Assembly: GCA_049472355.1 (NCBI GenBank)
Contig: JBLIRP010000037.1
Coordinates: forward strand, 1 to 34,590
Direction: 5' to 3'
DNA from: a bacterium
GTDB taxonomy: Bacteria > SZUA-182 > DTGQ01 > JAFGSM01
DNA: 34,590 nucleotides
In this document: positions 18,601-26,182 of the stretch, in pieces
How the letters are laid out: every line of letters starts with the position of its first letter
How positions within the stretch are numbered: position 1 is the stretch's first letter
The notes under the pieces: model-generated
Databases searched by the model: none
The model's input: the letters and a program-made list of their open reading frames with translations, nothing else
Told to the model about the DNA's origin: nothing
Program-made: the position numbers and the translations under genes

Positions 18601-20873
18601 CTGCGATACAGGTGATACCCCCGTATGGATTCATCCGGGTATCGGTCCCATACAAGCTCGACCACCCGTTTCCCGCCCGTGGCAATGAATCCCGTGGGGG
18701 CGGTGAGGGCAAGGGGCTTCAATTCTGTTGCCCCCCCATGCTGGGGTGATGCCTTCGGGTTATGCACATTGAATGCAGGGCTTGCGGATGTTGTGGCATC
18801 GTAGTTTCTCCCGTGGCAGTTGCCGCAGTGGGTGGAGCCGGTTGCCTTATGGCTTGTTTGCGCACCCGGGAGGACCGGTATGGGGACCATCCGGATACCG
18901 TCCACCTCGGGACAGCCGGTTGAATACAGGGAGCAATTGGGGTCGTCGCTGGGGATGTGGCACCCGAAACAGAATGTGCGGCATTTGCTGGCGCTGGTGA
19001 CCGTGTCCACCAGGCCGTTCCACTGGGGGCGCTGATCGCTGAGGAGCTTGACATTCGGCCGGCCGTTGTTCTCATATCCCCTTGAGCCGTGCGGATTGTG
19101 ACAGTTGGAGCACGCAAGCTTGTCTCCGGCGCGGATATGGTTCGGCCAGTACGAGGCGCTCTTGAAGGATTTTCTGATCTTGTGGCCGGCGGTATTGGGA
19201 TTCATGGCGTCGTCGTAATAATCGGCGATCCTTGTGGTCTCGTCGTCCATGCCCGCAGGACCATTCGGGCCATGACACCCGAAGCAGAGGGCATAGTTTT
19301 CCGGCACATCGTTCTGCCAGGAATCCCCGGTCGCGAGATAGGTGTCGTTGAGCATGTCAAAGGGATTTTCCGTGCCGTGGGGTGAGTGGCAGTTCACACA
19401 GAGGCCGTTTCCCTCCGGATCCCTTTGCGGCATATCCGGATCGTTCCGGTGCGGGGAGATGAAACGCTGGGGGGGGCCGTATGAATAGACATTCGCATCC
19501 TCAAACACCTCCATGCCCGGCCAGCGCACGCGATTATTCAGCCCGGTCGCCCTTGCCCCCCCGCTGAAGTATTCGAAATACCCCGGATGGGCGGAGGTGG
19601 CGGGCACCCTGTCTTCCTCCTGCGCCGGATACCCCGAGTACCCCCCTGTGGGGGTGAAGTCGTGGCACCCCGAGGTGTAGCACAGGTTATTGGAGTTGAG
19701 CACAAAGAGGTTATAGGGATTCCCCCGGTGCTGGTCATGGCAATGCTTGCATTCACCCGCTGCCCAGCGCGTCCTCCTGAGGATCCCGGTGTTGGGATCG
19801 CCGTGCGGCGAGGTCTCGTAATGGCCTTCCCCCCTCAGGTGGCAGGACTGGCAGGTGCCTACCATGTTGACACCATCCTCCGGATCCGATGTCTCCGGAT
19901 CATCGAAGATGAGACAGAAGAGCTGGTCCGATCCGTGCGCCTTGTGACATGAGCCGCATCCGGGCTCGTTGTCGCTGAGATATTTTGTCCCGGTCTCACC
20001 GGTGGGCGATATGTACGGGACCCGTGAGAGTATCCGGCTGGACCACCAGTAGCCGAGGCCGTTCTCCGCATCACCGTCGACGTGTTCGTTGGTCACCCCC
20101 TCCGACATGGTTATCCCGAGTGTGGGATGCCTGATCCAGGTGTCCGTGTCGCTGGTGGCGGTATCACCCGCAGGGGATCCCCCCATGTTTGCGCTTCCCC
20201 CCTCTCCGTAGAAATCCGTATGGCAACCCGCACACCAGGCGGAGAGCCCGTAATGCGTTCCTGTCTCCGATTGGCGGTGGCGGATGTTCCCCACCGTGTA
20301 ATGCTCCGTCAGGGGGGTTGTGACCAGTTGCTGGATGGCGGCCTCACCACCGTACGGCTCTCCTGTTTCATAGGTAACGGTACGATTCGGCACACCGCCG
20401 GGATCCGCCCTCAGGTTCCGGTAATAGGGATTCCCGTGGGGATCGTGGCATGAGACGCAGGTCAACGGATCATTTCCCCATGAGCCGGAATACCCGGGTG
20501 GGGGATCGATGCTTCCCAGGGAGTGCTGGTGGCCCGGGAGGGTGGTTTTGAACGCGCCGGCGCTGGGGACATACTCGTTCGCCCCCATCACCGAAGGGGC
20601 CGAAGGGTCCGTGCCGTCATGGCACATCAGGCACATCTCATTGGTGAGATTCTTGAGAAGCCTTTCGTAGGGGCCTTCCGCGCCCCAGGTCGCGGGAACG
20701 CTGTCATCCTGGCTGTAATGCATGGTATGGCAGTCCGAGCAGTACAGGTTCTCCGTGCCGACGTGATAGTCACCCGCATGGACCGATTCAAAAAGACACC
20801 CGAGCAATGCCAGATCCAGGATAAGGAGAATAGGATAGACGGATGGTGTTCGAAAGATCCTAAGAAAGACCAT
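15630..20873 (-). CDS. Giant multiheme cytochrome-adhesin: OmcS-like 6-heme module, 7 further hemes, FN3 domains and invasin/Big_1-type Ig domains
   Basis: Signal peptide; 12 CXXCH plus CYTSGCH; FN3 signatures (L.W....GY.LYR...Y.D......Y.Y.V.AVD..GN); three C-terminal P..I.ADG...I...D..G.P Ig repeats. Confidence 0.92.
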   Translation of the reverse strand: MVFLRIFRTPSVYPILLILDLALLGCLFESVHAGDYHVGTENLYCSDCHTMHYSQDDSVPATWGAEGPYERLLKNLTNEMCLMCHDGTDPSAPSVMGANEYVPSAGAFKTTLPGHQHSLGSIDPPPGYSGSWGNDPLTCVSCHDPHGNPYYRNLRADPGGVPNRTVTYETGEPYGGEAAIQQLVTTPLTEHYTVGNIRHRQSETGTHYGLSAWCAGCHTDFYGEGGSANMGGSPAGDTATSDTDTWIRHPTLGITMSEGVTNEHVDGDAENGLGYWWSSRILSRVPYISPTGETGTKYLSDNEPGCGSCHKAHGSDQLFCLIFDDPETSDPEDGVNMVGTCQSCHLRGEGHYETSPHGDPNTGILRRTRWAAGECKHCHDQHRGNPYNLFVLNSNNLCYTSGCHDFTPTGGYSGYPAQEEDRVPATSAHPGYFEYFSGGARATGLNNRVRWPGMEVFEDANVYSYGPPQRFISPHRNDPDMPQRDPEGNGLCVNCHSPHGTENPFDMLNDTYLATGDSWQNDVPENYALCFGCHGPNGPAGMDDETTRIADYYDDAMNPNTAGHKIRKSFKSASYWPNHIRAGDKLACSNCHNPHGSRGYENNGRPNVKLLSDQRPQWNGLVDTVTSASKCRTFCFGCHIPSDDPNCSLYSTGCPEVDGIRMVPIPVLPGAQTSHKATGSTHCGNCHGRNYDATTSASPAFNVHNPKASPQHGGATELKPLALTAPTGFIATGGKRVVELVWDRYPDESIRGYHLYRSKTPGGPYTLLASEPDCMNRYMDGDIRPEQNYYYVLTVEDMSGNQGPYSREASATPVSLTPGQLRTLEEIQGLSATVKDESVFLSWDECTDELVAGYHLYRRIEGDERDPVLLTPEAPLRWPVYEDTEVRKGTIYLYSVAAVDGMGNEARFPREIRVAYMRLFISSVSLSQGERPLRAGQEMVVTVTGSSGADAYFTIQGIASRIPMQEVGNSGTYIGEYPVPRDIEEAEAPIICYLRDPGGEKTSMDSPALLKIDNVPPPPPQGLETALDTDGGVYLHWNTDGAEKKEIAGYLIYRDTGRADDGGITITLPGDDHEYTDRTTAPGMRYRYAIGSVDEAGNESAPSDAVVVEVPADTSGPAIMGMRFIGGMGVWRPGESISMLLIGEPGCTARFSIGNRIRDVGMKESFEGGKYEGAYVFRDGDEGYQMAILGTLTDASGNTSIFEPDLRVSVVRGAGDEGPEIYEMTEDSFQVGGEEGLVAGDVLRVRVRGTPGCAGVFHLAAYGDEHRRIVIDWSGFRESEYPDCSGYAVYRGTRPPSVSDENEPLTRLGLGERQFLLPDGIRLDPDAVVYVAAVDRQGHLRVIATPKWDIPLLPRPEEPDIYEGEYRIQPGDRLIQGHLCACLTSATGRRSIPSRSSHAITIDSGSRIDIRPQPAEIKADNASRCRVRITVSDARGRPVAGREIGLSMFTTSEYSGLIGLGTVNSNEAGSLVAPPSGTGRVREEYPYTTDDFGRTEVDYQAGCAAKTVIFRARDRITRDTGLGFCTSYIETQAQVEQYPPPLRLKDGAYAISVIASPDWLTADGVSTSRITARITAREGASVRDHRVVFAISMGDGRLVRQEGMTDEGGTVEATYIAGIHIGTVEIRVIDTTAHIEGNTYIIQKSDAPALCLLTAEPGRIPADGTSRCKLRIKVTDIRGNPSRGAGISLHVERGGGKIVEIDDITDFMGEATAVYQAGNDPGVALFTLRVNSKIPTREELEEIKWAR

Positions 20874-21910
20874 TACTTCGCCTCGTTATGCGCAACGGAA
20901 AACGCCTGAAGCCTGCCCGCACCCTTCTCGAGCACATACATCCTGCCATCCCTGTCCGCATCGATATCCACGGGATACACGAATCGTCCCGGCTCCTCGC
21001 CGAACGTTCCGACATTGAAAAGGAATTTCCCCTCGGGATCAAACACCTTGATGGCATGCCTGAAGGCATCCACCACCCAGATCCTTCCTGCGCTGTCGAG
21101 AGCAAGGCTGCTCGGGAAGGAAAAGCTGTCATCGTATAACGCCCCATGCCTGCCAAAGGAGAGGAATTTAGTGCCTTCGGGCTCCAGAATGGTCACCACC
21201 GGCGAGTGCTGGGCCGAGGTGACATGGATCCTCCCTGTGGGGCCTACTGCCAGGCCGGTGAGGAGGATTATACGTGTGTCCCCCTTGAGCTCGTGGAGCT
21301 TTTCAAGAATCTTTCCCTCCTTTGTCATGAGCCAAAGGGCCCCGCCTTTTCGATCATTGACCAGAAGCCTGCCCTTATGATCGAATCCCATCCTGCCCGG
21401 TGCCAGGCTCAGTCCCTTGTCTGCGGGGATCGATACCTGCCATACCCCCTTTTGGTCGAAGACCTCGACCACATGCCGTTCAATCTGGCTTATGTAAATC
21501 CTCCGATCCGGACCGATTGCAATATCAAAGGGCCTTTCAACGGGGCGCGAGGTATAAAAGGTGCCGATGGCTGTCCCCTCCGTGGTGAATACCATCACCC
21601 GGTTATTCTCCGTGTCGGCCACATAGATACGGGAGGTTACCGGATCGAGGCAGCATCCCTGGGGTCTGCTCAACGGTATGCCGTCCGGGAGCCCGGTGGT
21701 GTGCCAGAGGACCTCATAGGACTCCTCCGTTCCTTCCGCCGCTGTTGCGGTTTCCGAATGGGACAGATCTATGGGCATGATGAGCACAATCAGGGGGAAA
21801 AGGAGGATCATGGAAAGGGGGATCAGACACGAATGCCCCGTTAATGTATTGAAAAGGGGCACATACGTTTTTGTATTTTTATCAGAAGACATAACAATTA
21901 TATGGATCAA
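20873..21910 (-). CDS. NHL-repeat beta-propeller, exported
   Basis: Repeats PQG...IYVADTENNRV, FSFPSSLALDSAGRIWVVD, FVYPVDIDAD; N-terminal hydrophobic segment; start uncertain (21910, 21892 or 21811); TAATG overlap with the giant cytochrome gene. Confidence 0.9.
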   Translation of the reverse strand: MIHIIVMSSDKNTKTYVPLFNTLTGHSCLIPLSMILLFPLIVLIMPIDLSHSETATAAEGTEESYEVLWHTTGLPDGIPLSRPQGCCLDPVTSRIYVADTENNRVMVFTTEGTAIGTFYTSRPVERPFDIAIGPDRRIYISQIERHVVEVFDQKGVWQVSIPADKGLSLAPGRMGFDHKGRLLVNDRKGGALWLMTKEGKILEKLHELKGDTRIILLTGLAVGPTGRIHVTSAQHSPVVTILEPEGTKFLSFGRHGALYDDSFSFPSSLALDSAGRIWVVDAFRHAIKVFDPEGKFLFNVGTFGEEPGRFVYPVDIDADRDGRMYVLEKGAGRLQAFSVAHNEAK

Positions 21911-22000
21911 AAGTGAATAATCTTCAATTGTGAAACCGTTGCTTAATAAAACTGGCCGATTTTCAGATAGTTATATGACAATTTATAAATTTATTATATT

Positions 22001-22029
22001 ATTATAATTTAAATTTCCACACGTGTCAA
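22001..22029 (-). promoter_or_regulatory. Consensus sigma-70 promoter
   Basis: Minus strand reads TTGACA-cgtgtggaaatttaaat (17 nt)-TATAAT with an AT-rich UP-like tract upstream, in an AT-rich intergenic region. Confidence 0.8.
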
Positions 22030-22113
22030 GAATAATATTTTATTTTTCAATATATTATCGCTCCCGTATTCAATCCGTTATTCAGGGTTCTTGCGCATAA
22101 CACGCAGCATTTC

Positions 22114-23250
22114 TTAGTCATTTTTATGTGCATGGCATACAAGACAGCCTCCCGATGCGGTGTCGTCACCTGCCACCATCTCCGTATAGTCCCATCGCAA
22201 AAGGTCGGGATACGGCGTACCGTGGGCGCGATGACAGGAAAGGCACATCACCTGGTCCTCTCCGGGGGTGACGCTGCTCCTTGGCCCGGAAAAGCCCGTC
22301 AGATCCGGACGTGCCACGGGGACCTGGGGATTGTACTCGGTATACGCCTCGTATTCAGTGGGGGGAGTGCCCGAGGGGAGGGGTACATCCGAAGGATGTC
22401 GCAGCCAAGGAGAGCCGGTGCCGACATCCCCCGGTGAACGGAGGGCGTGATACATCATATGGCACTGCGCGCAGATTTCACTAATGGAACCACCCCCCGA
22501 TGATGTTTCACCCTGATACTCGTTGTGCTGCGTACTGCTTGGGGACTGTTCCCAGTCGGGATCCTCCAAGCCATTAACCCCGAAAAGGAATCGATACCAA
22601 CCGTTTTCCTCCTCGACAACGGGATCTGAGGAGGGTGGATCAGGGGCGTGGTGCCGGACTGCATGGTGGCAGTCCTGACAAATGAGATAGTTTTTGTCCC
22701 GTTCGATTCCCCATGGTATTCCACCCGTATGCCCGATGGATTCATGACATTGGAGACACTCCGAGACCTTCATGTTTGTTCGGCTGCTCCCGAACCGGCT
22801 GCCGGGTACTATCGGGTCCAGGGGATCATCCCCCAGATGGCTGTCCGGCTCGCTTATTCCCATGACATTATGGCCCATGGTGTCATCCGTGGTGACCCAG
22901 TAAAAATTCCCCCCTGCCAGGGACTGCTCCGCAGGCATGATGGTATTGAATACGATAGGAACCCGGGAGGCACCCGAACCGCTTCCAAGGCTGAGCATGG
23001 TCGAGCCCTCCGTGCTGCTGTGACATCCCACACAATCCTCCTTTGTGAGGTATTCATCGGGGGGGTGCTCAATGCCGTCCTCTTGCGCGTGCATGATGTG
23101 GCAGTTGGAACAAAGCCCCGCCACACTCGCCTCAGTCCTGCCCGTGGGGAGGATGATCAGAAAGACCGCCATACACCCCACCGCACCCCTTTTCAACACC
23201 GACACATACCCCCGATCATTGTGTATTCTCGAACATTCCACAACGTCCAT
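22114..23250 (-). CDS. OmcS-like multiheme cytochrome (7 CXXCH)
   Basis: CSNCHIMH, LAGGNFYWV...GHNV, ISEICAQCH...RHPSD, VMCLSCHRAHG...RWDY...CLVCH follow the OmcS motif order; one extra heme motif; exact start uncertain. Confidence 0.9.
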   Translation of the reverse strand: MDVVECSRIHNDRGYVSVLKRGAVGCMAVFLIILPTGRTEASVAGLCSNCHIMHAQEDGIEHPPDEYLTKEDCVGCHSSTEGSTMLSLGSGSGASRVPIVFNTIMPAEQSLAGGNFYWVTTDDTMGHNVMGISEPDSHLGDDPLDPIVPGSRFGSSRTNMKVSECLQCHESIGHTGGIPWGIERDKNYLICQDCHHAVRHHAPDPPSSDPVVEEENGWYRFLFGVNGLEDPDWEQSPSSTQHNEYQGETSSGGGSISEICAQCHMMYHALRSPGDVGTGSPWLRHPSDVPLPSGTPPTEYEAYTEYNPQVPVARPDLTGFSGPRSSVTPGEDQVMCLSCHRAHGTPYPDLLRWDYTEMVAGDDTASGGCLVCHAHKND

Positions 23251-23339
23251 TTTAACAGCCGGACTTTTTCAGTCGTCTCAATTGTGGGGCTTTCGGCGGG
23301 CCTTTGAATGGGCTGCGAATGTATGTAAATCCGAACCGA

Positions 23340-23702
23340 TCAGCTTCCCCCTGAAACCTTTGCCGTATGGCAGGTATAACAGCCCTTCCCCGCCACAAGG
23401 GCATCATAGTCCCACCTCAGCATATCGGGATACGGGCTCCCGTGTGCCCTGTGACAGGACAGGCACATGACCATGTCCTTCTGCTCCGTTCCCCCTTCAT
23501 TGACCAGGGGGCTCGGACCGGTCCATCCGGTCAGGTCGGGGCGTGCAACAGGGGCGAGGGGATCATACCATGTGGCGCCATCGGAGGCTGAATGGCACCC
23601 AAGACAATCGTTCGTCAACAGATATTCATATGGTCCCCCGGCGCCCCTATCCGAAGGTTGAGCCCCATCCTGGCTGTAGTGCATGGTATGGCAGTAACTA
23701 TA
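23340..23702 (-). pseudogene. Truncated, internally deleted OmcS-like cytochrome remnant
   Basis: No signal peptide; first motif reads YSYCHTMH (first Cys lost); SDGATW joins directly to YDPLAPVARPDL, removing the middle of the protein; 3 intact CXXCH remain. Confidence 0.75.
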
Positions 23703-23710
23703 AGAAATCG

Positions 23711-24685
23711 TTATGTATCCTGGTCGATTATCCGAAACAATTCCACCCGCTTATTGAACAGGTCCCCCACCGCCAGGACATTGTTTTCGGACACCGCTAT
23801 TGCCTGAGGGTAGTTGAACCATGTGTGGCCGATACCCCTGCCGCCGAATTCCTTGATATAGGTGCCGTCAGGCTCGTATATACTGATGCTGTGCCGCATA
23901 TAATCGCTGATGAAGATCCTTCCCTTCTGATCAACGGCAATGCCCCGCGGCCTGCTCAAGGTGCCGGCGACACCCCCCTTCTTGCCGAATTTGAACATGA
24001 ACTCGAATTTTTGATTATAGACATACACCCTTCCCATGGATTCACTCAGGAGGTATATGGTACCCTTTGCATCCACGGCGATATCGCGGATGATCACCGG
24101 CTTCGGGGGATCATCCCCGAATTTGTCCTCAGGGCGTATCATCCTGAGGAATGCCCCCTTTTCATCCAGCATCACCACGCCGGGTAGGGTATCCCCTGCG
24201 AGATATATCCGGTTGTTTCCATCCATGGCAATGGCGTGCGGTATGAAATGGCCGGCCCCGGTGAATCCTTGAAGATCAAAGGTCTTAATCCTTTTCCTGG
24301 CAAAATCGAACACGCCGATGCGCGCGGATTTATTTCCCGCTGCGATCTCCACCGCGTAGATCTCTCCCTTGTCGCTTACCGTGATAAGGGAGGGGACAAC
24401 GAGCCCTTCCCCCTTGGAGATCATAGCGCTCTCCTGCGCCAGGTCGGTGAAGATATATACGGCCCCTGCCCTGACATCGAGGAGGTACAGATCATCGTAT
24501 GCATCGATATGGATGTCCGCCGGCGTCTCGATCCCGCGGCCCCCGTATGTATTTATGGTTGCCAGGTACTCGACGTCAGGGGAATGAAAGGGATCGGGAC
24601 ACACCCTGGCAGGGGAAAACGCCATGAGCACTGCAATGAGACTGCATGCAGCAATTGTCTTTATCGCAAGGGACTTCATGAGCAT
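23711..24685 (-). CDS. NHL-repeat beta-propeller, exported
   Basis: Signal peptide; LSRPRGIAVDQKGRIFISD, FNYPQAIAVS and IRDIAVDAKGTIY repeats. Confidence 0.9.
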   Translation of the reverse strand: MLMKSLAIKTIAACSLIAVLMAFSPARVCPDPFHSPDVEYLATINTYGGRGIETPADIHIDAYDDLYLLDVRAGAVYIFTDLAQESAMISKGEGLVVPSLITVSDKGEIYAVEIAAGNKSARIGVFDFARKRIKTFDLQGFTGAGHFIPHAIAMDGNNRIYLAGDTLPGVVMLDEKGAFLRMIRPEDKFGDDPPKPVIIRDIAVDAKGTIYLLSESMGRVYVYNQKFEFMFKFGKKGGVAGTLSRPRGIAVDQKGRIFISDYMRHSISIYEPDGTYIKEFGGRGIGHTWFNYPQAIAVSENNVLAVGDLFNKRVELFRIIDQDT

Positions 24686-24710
24686 ATTACGTCACCACAC
24701 AATACAGTAG

Positions 24711-24737
24711 GTAGGGGGGCCGGAACGGCCCCCCTAC
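24711..24737 (-). terminator. Strong stem-loop 3' of an OmcS-like gene (partial terminator or mRNA-stabilising hairpin)
   Basis: gtaggggggccg-gaa-cggcccccctac: perfect 12-bp stem 21 nt after the stop at 24759; no long U tract. Confidence 0.7.
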
Positions 24738-24758
24738 TTGTTACTTGGACTATGGTTG

Positions 24759-25805
24759 TTACCGTTGCAAGCTATGACATCCCAGACAGCCCCAGTCATT
24801 GTCGCTGCCGGCAATTTGGTCATCATAGGCGAATCGCAGGATGTCGGGCTGTGCGGATCCGTGCGCACGATGGCAGGAGATGCAGGTAGCCCTTCCTGTG
24901 GAAGTTTCGTTGTCTCCCCCTGCAAATCCCAGCGGGTTGTACTTCCGGTCAAAGTCGTTGTAAGCCGTAGAAGGCGTACCATCGTTGTCCACGATCTCCC
25001 AGGTCGTGCTGTACGCTCCGCCTGTATGGGGGATATCCACATCCGTGGGATGCCTGACAAACGGCGAATCCCCCTGCACGTGGAAATTGCCATGGCACTT
25101 GCCGCAGAGTTCACTGATGGTGACATCATCGTCACCGGCGCTGTAGATGTTATGGGCTAAGGTGGTGGAACCTGCCAGGGTGGTGTCATCGGTCGCGATC
25201 AATTCCTCCTCGTAGTTGGGATCACCCTCACCGGCAACTGCATGTGCCGAATCGGTGCCGCCAACATAGAGCATGCGGTAGGTCAGGCCGGTGTTGTGAT
25301 GGCCGCCCTTGATGGCCTCCATATCGTTCTTCACGGATGTCTCATTCCCGTGGCACCCGGTTGCACCGGCGCAGGTGAGCCCATTGCCGGCAACATCTCC
25401 CACATACCAATCGGGAGACGTCGCATTATACCCGGCAGGTGTGGCCTCACTTCCCAGGGAATGGTTATTATCACCGTGATTATCCGTGCTGCCAAAGCCC
25501 GTCGTAAAGAAACCGCCGGCGAGACATTTGTCATTGGTGAAACCGCTGCCTTTCACATAGGGGGTAGCATTCGCGAGAGGATCGCTTCCGGTTGTAGTGT
25601 GACAGCCGATGCAGTCATTCAACAGAAGGGCGTTATAGGGCCCGCCTGTACTCATTGGGCCAGCGCCCTGGCTGTCATGCATGGTGTGGCATTCGCTGCA
25701 TGGCCCGGAAACCGCGGCCAATGCCGAATTCCCGGTGGCAAGCACAACCATGCAGGATATCGCGAGGACCAGAACCGTGAGTGTAATACCCTTTGCACAT
25801 TTCAT
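24759..25805 (-). CDS. OmcS-like hexaheme cytochrome (5 CXXCH plus CX5CH), candidate major filament subunit
   Basis: Start set at MKCAKG (AAGGAGG 10 nt upstream, signal peptide ending ALA); CSECHTMH, CIGCH, CAGATGCH, CGKCHGNFH..RHPTD, CISCHRAHGS, CLGCH. Confidence 0.9.
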   Translation of the reverse strand: MKCAKGITLTVLVLAISCMVVLATGNSALAAVSGPCSECHTMHDSQGAGPMSTGGPYNALLLNDCIGCHTTTGSDPLANATPYVKGSGFTNDKCLAGGFFTTGFGSTDNHGDNNHSLGSEATPAGYNATSPDWYVGDVAGNGLTCAGATGCHGNETSVKNDMEAIKGGHHNTGLTYRMLYVGGTDSAHAVAGEGDPNYEEELIATDDTTLAGSTTLAHNIYSAGDDDVTISELCGKCHGNFHVQGDSPFVRHPTDVDIPHTGGAYSTTWEIVDNDGTPSTAYNDFDRKYNPLGFAGGDNETSTGRATCISCHRAHGSAQPDILRFAYDDQIAGSDNDWGCLGCHSLQR

Positions 25806-26182
25806 AGACAATTTTCCTCCTTTCGAATCCTTTCTGCATAACTCCCACAAGCAGTCCCTGCAGGAGGTCTTATGATGCTCTTTATCATACCCGGTACCCA
25901 GGGTATGGCTGCGGTGAAACGAATTTTTTGCCACTGCACCACCTCTCTCATCACCCGCATTGTCGTTAGGTATAATGAATGAATCCATCGGCAACGTTGC
26001 AGCCATCACCTCCTCCTACCTGATTGCCTGAAAACATCATTTAATCCTCTCTTTCCTCCTCCAAACGTTAAAAATCCCCTCCGCGCATATCCGCGCAGGG
26101 TGTGAGCCTGAGATAAGCATTTAAAGACATTACAATCATCATTGCCCTCGGTCGCATGACCGCGTGATTTTTCATTCCTTGG

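Noticed and set aside
23251..23281. tttaacagcc-ggactttttcagtcgtctcaa, resembling the end of the 13704 repeat
   Set aside because: Only one degenerate end and no partner inverted repeat; too weak to call.
25806..26009. 68-aa N-terminal extension of the 416-aa ORF as part of the cytochrome
   Set aside because: A strong RBS and a complete signal peptide begin at 25805, and CRDCL in the extension is not a heme motif. Kept only as a possible regulatory feature.
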